A stretch of 64,000 bases of DNA from an uncultured Acidobacteriota bacterium (lineage in GTDB: Bacteria; Acidobacteriota; Thermoanaerobaculia; Multivoradales; UBA5704). The notes under the pieces were generated by a model, which saw nothing but the letters and a program-made list of their open reading frames with translations, was not told where the DNA came from and did not search any database. This document shows positions 38,005-46,850 of this stretch, piece after piece. The translations under genes were made by a program, and so were the position numbers. The stretch covers positions 5,248,001 through 5,312,000 of the forward strand of contig OY969474.1 of NCBI GenBank assembly GCA_963700145.1. The letters are read 5' to 3'. Position 1 is the first letter of the stretch. Every line of letters starts with the position of its first letter.

Positions 38005-39375
38005 ATGCGAAAAGAGGTTCGGCTCGCGCTCCTCGCCTGCCTGCTGGTGGCGGTGAGTGAACCGGCCGCGGCGGCTGGAAGTCGCGTTGCGGCCGAAGTG
38101 GCCTTCTCCCATGGCGTCCTCTCCTTCCTGGAGGAGGACTACGACGAGGCCGTACGCCTCCTGGAGCAGGCGGTCCAGGAGGACCAAACGAACGGAACCT
38201 ACTTGCACTGGTTGGCGGTGGCGTACCTGCGCCTGGGGCGAGGCGTCGACGCGGAGGAGCGGCTCAAGCAGAGTCGAGATGCGACGCAACGGCCGGCCTC
38301 CGGCAGGTGGCGCGTGCGCGCCGATTTGCGGCGGGTGCGGGAGAGCCTCGAGCATGGTACGCCACTGCCCCAGCTTGCGGAACCGAAGATCGAGCTCGCC
38401 CACCGTTTCCCTAGCGGCGCGCCGCGCTGGGCGGGGGAGCTAGGCCTCCAGGCCGCCTACGACTCGAATCCGGGCCTTCTCGCCGAGGAGCTGGGTGTCT
38501 CGGTGCCCGGAGTCGCGTCTGGCGGCGTTCCCGGCGACGCTGCCACGCTCATCGACCTGCGCCTCAGCCATCGGCCGCTGTGGGACCGTCGCGGCTGGAG
38601 CGTGGGCATTGAGGTGGCGGGGCATGGCGTGCTGCACCCGGATCTCGACAACACCGATCTCGTGTCGGGGCGCGGCACGCTTTCCCTCGGCTGGGGGCGG
38701 AATCCTGGAGGCTCGGTCACCGGAGGGCTCGGCGGTGTGCGCATGCCGCTCGGCAACGGTCCCGCGGTGCTCCTCCAGGGTCGCGGCACCTATGCCCGTT
38801 TCGGCGGCGAGGAGCTGCTGCAGGCCCGGGAGGCGGCATTCACCGGTGTCCTCCGTACGACGACGCGAAGCGAGACGACCTTGGCCGCTGCGCTTCGGGA
38901 TCGCGAGTACGCCGCCGGCGCGGGAGCGCTTCGCGAGGGGGACGAGGACGAGATCTCCGTCGCTGTCCAGCAGGCCCGCTTCTTCGGTGGCCGCGAACGC
39001 TCCCTGCGGGTCGGCCTCGAAGCGGGCGAAATTCGCGCCGATCGGCCGTTGGCGGCCAAATTCGGGGAGGCGCGCGTCGAGGCCGGGCTGCCGGTCGCGG
39101 CGCGGTGCCGGCTCTTCCTCCATGCCGCGCTCCGCGCAGACCGCTACGACCATCCGGAATCCAACCTCGGGAGGCCCACTGGCCCGGGGAGAGACGACCG
39201 CATTTGGCGCGCGGGGATCGCGGGCATCTGGCAACCCTCTGCGGCTTCCCGGTTCGACTGGATCGCCCGCGCGGAGCACGTCCGCCGTCAGTCGAACGTC
39301 GAGCTCCCCGCCGGCTCCCCGCTCTTCGACTACGAACGGACCGTTCTGGCGCTGGGGCTGCGCTGGAGGTCTTGA
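38005..39375 (+). CDS. TPR plus outer-membrane beta-barrel protein
   Basis: Signal peptide; TPR helices; YDSNP barrel start; C-terminal YERTVLALGLRW. Confidence 0.75.
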   Translation: MRKEVRLALLACLLVAVSEPAAAAGSRVAAEVAFSHGVLSFLEEDYDEAVRLLEQAVQEDQTNGTYLHWLAVAYLRLGRGVDAEERLKQSRDATQRPASGRWRVRADLRRVRESLEHGTPLPQLAEPKIELAHRFPSGAPRWAGELGLQAAYDSNPGLLAEELGVSVPGVASGGVPGDAATLIDLRLSHRPLWDRRGWSVGIEVAGHGVLHPDLDNTDLVSGRGTLSLGWGRNPGGSVTGGLGGVRMPLGNGPAVLLQGRGTYARFGGEELLQAREAAFTGVLRTTTRSETTLAAALRDREYAAGAGALREGDEDEISVAVQQARFFGGRERSLRVGLEAGEIRADRPLAAKFGEARVEAGLPVAARCRLFLHAALRADRYDHPESNLGRPTGPGRDDRIWRAGIAGIWQPSAASRFDWIARAEHVRRQSNVELPAGSPLFDYERTVLALGLRWRS

Positions 39376-39377
39376 CG

Positions 39378-40079
39378 GTGCGACGCTACACGCTTCCGGT
39401 TCTGCTAGTGCAGTTTCTCCTCGGTATGGCGGGCGAAGCGGCCGCCCAGACCTCCCGCGTGGTAGGCAAAGTCATTGTCCGGAGGCCCGACGTCCGAGGA
39501 GAGATAGCGAGAAAGTCCGAGTTGCTGGAGTCGCGGTCTCCTATCGCGGACCGCATGCAGGTGGCCACCGAACGTTATGGGCGAGCGCGCATCGCGCTCG
39601 GCCAAGGCCAGCAGAGGCGAGGGTCCGTCGAGCTCGGGCCAGAGACCCAGGTCCGGTTTTTTGACTCTACCGTCCAAGGGCAATCGCCGGCGGCCGTGGG
39701 CCTGTTCCTGGGATTTGGCGATCTCAGGGCCATGTTCAGTGGGGGAGAGCCGGAAATCCAGCCGGGCGAGGGAGAGACGTGGATCCTGACCCCCAGCGGG
39801 GAGGTGATTCCCCTCGGCACGGACGTTTCCGTGCGGGTCGACCGGCGTGATGGCAGCACGCTCGTCGCGGTCGCAGAAGGGCGTGCGGTGGTGAGGTCCA
39901 AGATGGGATTCACGGTCGAGCTCGGGCCGGGGGAGTGGACCTATGTCCCGATCGATGGGCCACCGACGCCACCGCGGGTGATCCCTCCCGGCGACGGCGA
40001 GCCGCCACCCGGTTTCCCCGGCGACCCGTTCCCCGTCGATCCGCCGCAGCTCGACCTTCGCTTCGACCTCCCGAGGTAG
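39378..40079 (+). CDS. Secreted FecR-domain protein
   Basis: VELGPETQV, ILTPSGEVIPLGTDVSV, VAVAEGRAVV, LGPGE. Confidence 0.75.
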   Translation: MRRYTLPVLLVQFLLGMAGEAAAQTSRVVGKVIVRRPDVRGEIARKSELLESRSPIADRMQVATERYGRARIALGQGQQRRGSVELGPETQVRFFDSTVQGQSPAAVGLFLGFGDLRAMFSGGEPEIQPGEGETWILTPSGEVIPLGTDVSVRVDRRDGSTLVAVAEGRAVVRSKMGFTVELGPGEWTYVPIDGPPTPPRVIPPGDGEPPPGFPGDPFPVDPPQLDLRFDLPR

Positions 40080-40081
40080 CG

Positions 40082-42463
40082 GTGACCGGCGTGCGCAGGA
40101 TCCTCCCCCTGTCCCTGGCAGCGCTGGTCCTGCTGGCCGCCGCTCCCTTCCCGGCGACCTCGCCGATCGAACGCGCCAACGACATCTTCCCCGTCGAGCC
40201 GGGGGTGAACGCCGAGCGCGGCTTCGGCGTGGCGCTCGACCGCGAGATCCTGGCGGTCGGCGCGCCGCTCGACGACGGGCGCGCCGAGAACGGCGGGGCG
40301 GTCTACCTCTTCCGGCGGGTGGACAGTTTCCTCCCGCAGGTGAACAGCTCCTGGGAGCCCGTGACCAAGCTCCACGGCGATCTCCCCGGCGCGGCGGTAG
40401 TGGCCGCCCGCTTCGGCTCGGCGGTGGCGCTGGAGGACGGCGTCCTCGCCGTCGCCGCGATCGGCGAGGGGGCGGTCTACGTCTTCCGCGAGGTCGGCGG
40501 AGAGTGGACGCGCGAGACAAAGCTCGTGGGACCCGCCGGCCAGTTCGGCCGGGCCGTCGCGCTCGACGGCGGCCGCCTGGCGGTCGGGTCCGTGCACCCG
40601 CACGGCCGCGCCCCCGGTGTCGTCCACCTCTACTCGGGTCCGCAGTGGGCTCTCGATGCGGCGCTCTCGCGGCGGCGTCCCGGAGAGCGGTTCGGCGAGG
40701 CGGTGGCGCTCGCCGGAGACCACCTGGTGGTCGGCGCCCCGGGGCACTCGCGCGCGGCCGGGAGCTTTTCAGGCGCCGCCTATGTCTTCCAGCTCGTGGA
40801 GGGCGTCTGGAGGGAGAGGGAGAAGCTCCTCGCCACGGACGGCCGAGAGGGGGACCAGCTCGGCGCGGCGGTCGGCGCGGCGGTCGGGCCCGACGGGACG
40901 ACGATCGCGCTCGGCGCGCCGACCGCCGACGGCGAGGACGCGAACTCGGGGGCCGTGTACGTCTCCACCTGCGCTGCCGGCGCCTGCGCCGCGCCCGGGC
41001 GGATCGCTTCGGGTGCCGGCCGCGGCGCCCTGCTCGGCTCCGCCGTCGCCGTGCAGGAGGACCTCCTCGCCGCGGGAGCGCCCGGCTCCGCCGCGGCGGA
41101 CGATCCGGGAACCCTGCGCATCTACCGCCGCCTCGGCGGGTCGTGGACCGAGGCCGTGCCGCTCCCCGGCAACGCGGAAGCGCGCGACCTCGTCGGCTTC
41201 GCGGTCGCCCTCGACGGCGGCCGCGCGGTGGCCGCCGGGGTCCTCGGCGACCAGGGGAGCGCGGCGGCGGGCGCGGTCTGGTCGTTCGTTTTCGATGCGG
41301 ACGAAGGCTGGCGCGAGGAGGCCGAGGCGGTGGCGCGCGACTTGGCGCCGTTGCCGCTCAATCCCGCCGATTTCGGCGGCTTCGGCGTCTCGGTCGCCGC
41401 GGAGCGGTACCTCGTGATCGGCTCCCTGCGCACGAACGCGGCGGACTCCCCCGGCGTGGTCTACGTCTATCGGCGGGCGGGGAAAGGGTGGCGGCAGGAA
41501 GCACGCCTGGTCTCGCCGGCGGGCAATGAGGCACCTGACGGCTTCGGCACGGCGGTCGCGACGCACGGCGAGGCGCTCCTCGTCGGCGCGCCGGCCGGGT
41601 TCGAGGCGGACGATGTCTCTCCGCCCGTGGCGTTCCCACCGAGGGCGTACCTGTTCCGGCGGAGTTCCGGCCGCTGGTCTCACGAGGAATCGTTCCAGTC
41701 CGCCGAGCCGCATCCGGGGGAACGATTTGGCGCCGCCGTCGCGATCGAAGGCGCGATCCTGGCGGTCGGGGCCCCTCGGCCAGGTTCCAGGGGAGTCGTT
41801 TTCACCGCCGAGCTCCTGCAAGGAGAGTGGACTCAGACCGACGATCTAAAAGTCCCTGGCGGTCACCCGGGAGACCTCTTCGGGACTGCGCTCGCGCTGC
41901 GGCAGGGGACGCTGGCGATCGGTGCCCCTGCGCTTGTCGGGGGCGCGGTGCATGTCGCGTTGCGCGAGGAGGGGGGGAGCTGGACAGAGCCCGTGCGCCT
42001 GGCGATCACGCCCCTTTCGCAGGCGGACCGGATCGGAGCCGCGGTGGCGCTCACCGTCGGCGTGCTTGCCGTCGGCGCTCCCGGGCGGAACACCGCCGGC
42101 GCGGCGCTCCTGCTCGCAGGCTCGGGCTCCTCTTGGTCTCTCGTCCAAGAGGTCGATCCCGAAGACGAGCTTCCGCACGAGTTCGGGTCGGCGGTGGCGC
42201 TCACGCGAGATCGGCTGGCCGTCGGCGCGCCGGGCCCGCTCCTCGCCGACGACCCCGGTCGCGCCTATCTCTACGTGCGTGAAGACGTCTGGGAGAAAGC
42301 GGAGGAGGTGAACGCGCTCCAGCCGCAGGGCGGAGACAACTTCGGCGCCGCTCTCGCCTTGGTCCCGGACTTCCTGGTGGTCACCAGCCCGGGACCTGTC
42401 GGCGGCGACCGCGCCACCGCGTTCAAGCTGCGTCCGGCGCCGCCGCCTGGAGCGTCGCCATGA
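40082..42463 (+). CDS. FG-GAP repeat (integrin-alpha-like propeller) secreted protein
   Basis: About 14 repeats of FG.AVAL.G..L.VGAP..GAVY. Confidence 0.9.
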   Translation: MTGVRRILPLSLAALVLLAAAPFPATSPIERANDIFPVEPGVNAERGFGVALDREILAVGAPLDDGRAENGGAVYLFRRVDSFLPQVNSSWEPVTKLHGDLPGAAVVAARFGSAVALEDGVLAVAAIGEGAVYVFREVGGEWTRETKLVGPAGQFGRAVALDGGRLAVGSVHPHGRAPGVVHLYSGPQWALDAALSRRRPGERFGEAVALAGDHLVVGAPGHSRAAGSFSGAAYVFQLVEGVWREREKLLATDGREGDQLGAAVGAAVGPDGTTIALGAPTADGEDANSGAVYVSTCAAGACAAPGRIASGAGRGALLGSAVAVQEDLLAAGAPGSAAADDPGTLRIYRRLGGSWTEAVPLPGNAEARDLVGFAVALDGGRAVAAGVLGDQGSAAAGAVWSFVFDADEGWREEAEAVARDLAPLPLNPADFGGFGVSVAAERYLVIGSLRTNAADSPGVVYVYRRAGKGWRQEARLVSPAGNEAPDGFGTAVATHGEALLVGAPAGFEADDVSPPVAFPPRAYLFRRSSGRWSHEESFQSAEPHPGERFGAAVAIEGAILAVGAPRPGSRGVVFTAELLQGEWTQTDDLKVPGGHPGDLFGTALALRQGTLAIGAPALVGGAVHVALREEGGSWTEPVRLAITPLSQADRIGAAVALTVGVLAVGAPGRNTAGAALLLAGSGSSWSLVQEVDPEDELPHEFGSAVALTRDRLAVGAPGPLLADDPGRAYLYVREDVWEKAEEVNALQPQGGDNFGAALALVPDFLVVTSPGPVGGDRATAFKLRPAPPPGASP

Positions 42464-44712
42464 CGTGGCGGCGCGCCGCCGGCGTCCTGCTCCTCGGCCT
42501 CGGCGCGCTGCCGGTGCGCGCCGACCACTGGGCGCCGCCGCCGCCGCTGCCGGCGAGCGGTCTCGAGCGCGGGGACCAGTTCGGCTCCGCCGTGGCGATC
42601 GCGGGAAACGTCGTCGCGGTGGGCGCCTACACGGCGGGGAGGGGCGCGGGCGCGGTCTACCTCTACCGTCAGGTCGGCGGCGCGTGGGCTCCCGTCTCCG
42701 CCCGGCCGCTCGCCGGGCCGGAGGGATCGCGTTCGTTCGGCTTCGACGTGGCGCTCGACCCGGCGGGTCAGAGCCTGCTCGTCGGCGCGCCGGCCACGGG
42801 AGCTTGCGGCGCGGCGTTCCTCTACGATTTGGCGGACCTGTCGTCCCCCACACCTCTCGGCCCCCCCGACGGCGCCTGCCGCCCCGGGGACGAGTTCGGC
42901 TCCGCCGTCGCGCTCGGAGTGGGCCTCCACGCGGTCGGCGCCCGCGGCGCCGACGAGAAGAGAGGGCGGGTGTACGTCGCGCGCCGAGGGGGCGGCTTCC
43001 GGCCGGTCGCGGCGGACGGCCTGGTGGCGGGGAGCGAGCTGGGACAATCCCTGGCGGTCGACGGCCCTTGGCTCGTCATGGGCGCGCCGGCCCCCTATCC
43101 CGGCAGCCGCTCGCCCGGCGCGGCGTACGTCGTCGATCTAGCGGGTGCGGACCCGCTGCGAGCGGTCGCGCTCCCCCTGCCGGCGCTCGCGGCCGGCGCC
43201 GCGTTCGGCTACGCCGTTGCGGTCTCGGGGGAGCGGATCGCGGTGGGAGCGCCGCTCCACGACCGGCAGGCGGGCGCCGTCCTGAGCTACCGCCGGGATG
43301 CCGCCGGAGCCTGGCGGCTGGAGGGCGCAGCGCTCGCCGCCGGGGCCGCAGGCGACCAGCTCGGCGTCGCGGTCGCGCTCGACGGCGCCTACCTCGTGGC
43401 CGGCGCCCGCTACGCCGATCGCGGCGGAGCGCGCGACGCGGGAGCGGCCTACCTCGAGGGCCACGGCGAGCTGGCGAGCCCCCGCCGCCAGAGCGGCGCC
43501 CAGTTCGGCTTCGCGGCGGCGGTGCGCGGTGCGACGGCGGTCGTCGGCGCCTTCCGGCAGGATGGGTCGGGCGCCGCCTACGTCTTCATGCCGCAGGATC
43601 TTCCGCTGCTGCGGCTCAGCGCCCCCGCGACGGTGACCGAAGGAGATCAGGGGCGCGGCTCCTTCACCGTGACGATCGAGGTCGTGGGGGGAGCCCCGCT
43701 CGCGCACGACGTGACGGTCGATCTCTCAACGACTCCCGTCTCGGCGAAGGCGGGCGAGGACTACGCGGCGATCTCCGACGAGATCGAGATCGAGGCAGGT
43801 TCCACCTCGGCGACGGTGAGCCTCGAGATCGTCGGCGACACCGTCTGCGAGCGGCACGAGACCTTCAAGGTGCGCCTCTCGGATCCGACGGGCGCACGGC
43901 TCGGCGCCCCCGACGAGGTCGAGGTCACGATCCGCAACGACGACGCCGGCGACATCGTGCTCAGCCCCGCCGCGGTCCTCACCGCGGAGAACGGCCCTCC
44001 CGTGCCGCTCGAGGTCCGTCTGACCTGCCAGCCCGCCGCGCCGGTCACCGTCTCGCTCAGCGCCTCGCCGCCCCTGGCGACGTTCGTGCCCGCGCAGGTC
44101 CGCTTCGTTCCGGAGCGATGGGAGACGCCCGCGCGCGTGCAGGTCCTCGGCGTCGACGATACGGACTGCGAGCCGGGCATGCCGGTGTCCTACACGATCA
44201 CCGCCTCCAGCACGAGCACCGATCCGGTGTACAGACCGGGTGCCATCGATGCCAGCCATGTCGACGACGACGTCACCTGTGTCTCCGGCACGAAGAAGGT
44301 ATGTCCGGACGACGACGGCACCGTGGTCTACACGGTCGTCCTCTCGAACGACGGCAGCGTGGCGCAGGAGGACGCGGCGAGCCACGAGCTCTTGGACACG
44401 CTGCCGCCGCAGCTCTCCGTGGTCCTCGCCAGCGCCACGAGCGGCGTCGCCACGGTCGATTACGCCGGCGACGCCGTGGCCTGGAACGGCCCGATCCCGC
44501 CCGGCGCGGACGTCGTGACGATCACCATCGTCGCCGCCCTCCACGAGGTCGCCGAGGGCACGGAGGTGAGCAACCATGCACGTCTGACATTCGACAGTGA
44601 GGGCGACGGCAGCCCGGAGATCGCCAGGACCGACGATCCCGCGACCGAGGAACCGGAAGACCCGACGATCTTCGCCGTGGGAGACACCTGCTCGCCGACG
44701 CCGCCGGGGTGA
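42460..44712 (+). CDS. FG-GAP repeats plus Calx-beta and DUF11-like domains, secreted
   Basis: FG-GAP repeats; SAKAGEDY..VGD..E..ETF.V.LS.P..IRNDD; VVYTVVLSN..DTLPPQL. Confidence 0.88.
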   Translation: MTWRRAAGVLLLGLGALPVRADHWAPPPPLPASGLERGDQFGSAVAIAGNVVAVGAYTAGRGAGAVYLYRQVGGAWAPVSARPLAGPEGSRSFGFDVALDPAGQSLLVGAPATGACGAAFLYDLADLSSPTPLGPPDGACRPGDEFGSAVALGVGLHAVGARGADEKRGRVYVARRGGGFRPVAADGLVAGSELGQSLAVDGPWLVMGAPAPYPGSRSPGAAYVVDLAGADPLRAVALPLPALAAGAAFGYAVAVSGERIAVGAPLHDRQAGAVLSYRRDAAGAWRLEGAALAAGAAGDQLGVAVALDGAYLVAGARYADRGGARDAGAAYLEGHGELASPRRQSGAQFGFAAAVRGATAVVGAFRQDGSGAAYVFMPQDLPLLRLSAPATVTEGDQGRGSFTVTIEVVGGAPLAHDVTVDLSTTPVSAKAGEDYAAISDEIEIEAGSTSATVSLEIVGDTVCERHETFKVRLSDPTGARLGAPDEVEVTIRNDDAGDIVLSPAAVLTAENGPPVPLEVRLTCQPAAPVTVSLSASPPLATFVPAQVRFVPERWETPARVQVLGVDDTDCEPGMPVSYTITASSTSTDPVYRPGAIDASHVDDDVTCVSGTKKVCPDDDGTVVYTVVLSNDGSVAQEDAASHELLDTLPPQLSVVLASATSGVATVDYAGDAVAWNGPIPPGADVVTITIVAALHEVAEGTEVSNHARLTFDSEGDGSPEIARTDDPATEEPEDPTIFAVGDTCSPTPPG

Positions 44713-44841
44713 TCGGCCGGCGCGGCCGCCCGCGCCCGCAACGTCAATCCCCAAGCCGCTTTAGCTTGTCCGCGCCCCTGCGATTGCTCTAAGCTGACCG
44801 CGCTTTTTTCGCGTAGTGCCATGCGGGGGGCGTGTGCACGG

Positions 44842-46182
44842 ATGGTGAAGACCTGGTTCGCCCTGGCTTTGGCCCTGCTCGCCTGGGCGCCCGCGGCCTT
44901 GGCGCAGGACGCACCGGCCGACGACGGCTTCGCCTTCGATTTCGGGATCGAGGTCAAGGCCCACCACCGCGACAGCGACGCCAACCGCTTCCCGGTCAAC
45001 TTCCCCTTCCGTCCGATCGAGCTGCCCCCGGGGCAGAGCCGCGCTTTCCTGGAGACGGTGGACGCCGGCAGCCACCTGGAGGTCTCGACCGCCACGCTGT
45101 TCCTCGACGCCGCCTGGCGCGAGAGCTTCGCGGCGCACGCCAAGATCGACTTCGTCGACCGCTACGACCGCAACCCCACCTCGACCGACCGGGAGTGGGA
45201 CGTGGACGAGGCCTGGCTGCGGCTGGGGCGGGAGGCGCCGGTCGCCACCGTCACCGAGCGGCTCGGCGCGTACTTGAAGGCCGGGAAGTTCGGCAAGTTC
45301 GAGCGCCAGGACGACCGGCATCTCGAGAGCTACGGCCTGGTCTCGACCGCCTTCAACCGCTTCGAGGACGCCGGCGTCGAGGTCGGCGTGGACCTGGGCT
45401 ACCTCTACCTCAAGGGCTCGGTGACGCGCGGCAACCCGGTCTTCATGCGCGACCCCAACGCCCTGGCCGGCGACAACGGCACGCCCGTTTTCCGCCGCCC
45501 CAACCCGCAGCCGGACTTGAAGAGCGGCATCGTCATCCCCTACGACGCCGAGATCGAGGACCTCGACCTGGGTGACGAGCTGGAGCTGGGGGCGGGGATC
45601 GGCTTCCGGGCCGGCGACGCGGCCGGCCGCTTCGGCCTCGACGTCCTGGCCTGGAGCTACGGGCGGAAGCTGGCGGAGACGGTCGAGCTGCACGGCACCT
45701 TCTACGGCGGCGATCTCGACCTCCTCGACGGGCCGGTCCACCGCCCTACCCCCTCCCCGGACCTGGCCGGCGACGAGAAGCGGGAGGTGGGCGCCAACCT
45801 CTGGCTCTACGCCGGCGGCCTCACCGTCTTCGCGCAGGTCGTGGACCAGGAGCTGGCCGGCCTCGACCGCACCGGCGTCGAAGCCGAGCTGGCCTGGTCG
45901 TTCGACCTGCCGCTCTGGGGCGCCGTCGCCGGCCGCCAGCTCTTCCCCTTCGTCGCCCCCGCCGTGCGCTGGTCGCGCCTCGACCCCGACTTCCGCAACC
46001 ACCCGCAGACGCCGAGCCCGAGCTTCGCCTGGGAGTGGGAGAAGCTCGACTACGGGGTGCGGCTGGGGGTCCTCGAGGGCATCGAGCTGACGCTCGAGCG
46101 CGCCGACAACTCCTTTATCCTCGGCTCCGGCGCCGAGGCGAGCAACGACGAGACGCTGGCTACGTTAAGGTGGCGGCTGTGA
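44842..46182 (+). CDS. Outer-membrane beta-barrel (porin-like) protein
   Basis: Signal peptide; DVDEAWL, KAGKF; amphipathic strands; C-terminal TLRWRL. Confidence 0.7.
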   Translation: MVKTWFALALALLAWAPAALAQDAPADDGFAFDFGIEVKAHHRDSDANRFPVNFPFRPIELPPGQSRAFLETVDAGSHLEVSTATLFLDAAWRESFAAHAKIDFVDRYDRNPTSTDREWDVDEAWLRLGREAPVATVTERLGAYLKAGKFGKFERQDDRHLESYGLVSTAFNRFEDAGVEVGVDLGYLYLKGSVTRGNPVFMRDPNALAGDNGTPVFRRPNPQPDLKSGIVIPYDAEIEDLDLGDELELGAGIGFRAGDAAGRFGLDVLAWSYGRKLAETVELHGTFYGGDLDLLDGPVHRPTPSPDLAGDEKREVGANLWLYAGGLTVFAQVVDQELAGLDRTGVEAELAWSFDLPLWGAVAGRQLFPFVAPAVRWSRLDPDFRNHPQTPSPSFAWEWEKLDYGVRLGVLEGIELTLERADNSFILGSGAEASNDETLATLRWRL

Positions 46183-46850
46183 AACTCCGCCGTCTCGCCT
46201 GCGCCGCGCTCCTGCTCCTCGCGCACGCCGGCGTCGCCGCGGAGCTGCGCGGCAAGATCCAGCTCCTCGGCAAAGGGGGCAAGCCCGCCCAGGGGAGCGA
46301 CCTGCGGCACGCCGTCGTCTCCTTCCAGCCGGCGGCGGCGCACCGCCCGGCCCCGGCGGCGGCGCCGCTCGAGATGGTGACGCGCAAGAAGCAGTTCGAG
46401 CCGCGCGTCCTGGCGATCACCACCGGCAGCCGGGTGCGCTTCCCCAACCTCGACCCGATCCTCCACAACGTCTTCTCCGTCACCTCCGACCATGCCTTCG
46501 ACCTCGGCCTCTACCAGAAGGGCCCGGGCAAGGAGAAGCGCTTCGACCAGCCGGGGGTGGTGCGCGTCTTCTGCAACGTCCACCACGCGATGGTGGGCTA
46601 CGTCGTGGTGCTCGACACGCCGTTCCGCGTCCACCCGGACGCGCTCGGCAACTTCACCCTCACGGGCCTCCCCGCCGGCGCCGGCAAGCTCACCGTCTGG
46701 CACGAGCAGATCGAGCCCTGGACGCTCGACCTCACGCTGCCGCGCCCGGGGATGATCGCCGCCCGCCTGGAGGTCACCCGCCCGCGCCTCCCCGCCCACC
46801 TCAACAAGCTCGGCAAGCCCTACACCGGCCGTGACCGCTACCGCGACTAG
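46179..46850 (+). CDS. Periplasmic cupredoxin-like protein with carboxypeptidase-regulatory-like domain
   Basis: FPNLDPILHNVFS..FCNVHHAM: His/Cys/His/Met type-1 copper ligands. Confidence 0.85.
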   Translation: MKLRRLACAALLLLAHAGVAAELRGKIQLLGKGGKPAQGSDLRHAVVSFQPAAAHRPAPAAAPLEMVTRKKQFEPRVLAITTGSRVRFPNLDPILHNVFSVTSDHAFDLGLYQKGPGKEKRFDQPGVVRVFCNVHHAMVGYVVVLDTPFRVHPDALGNFTLTGLPAGAGKLTVWHEQIEPWTLDLTLPRPGMIAARLEVTRPRLPAHLNKLGKPYTGRDRYRD

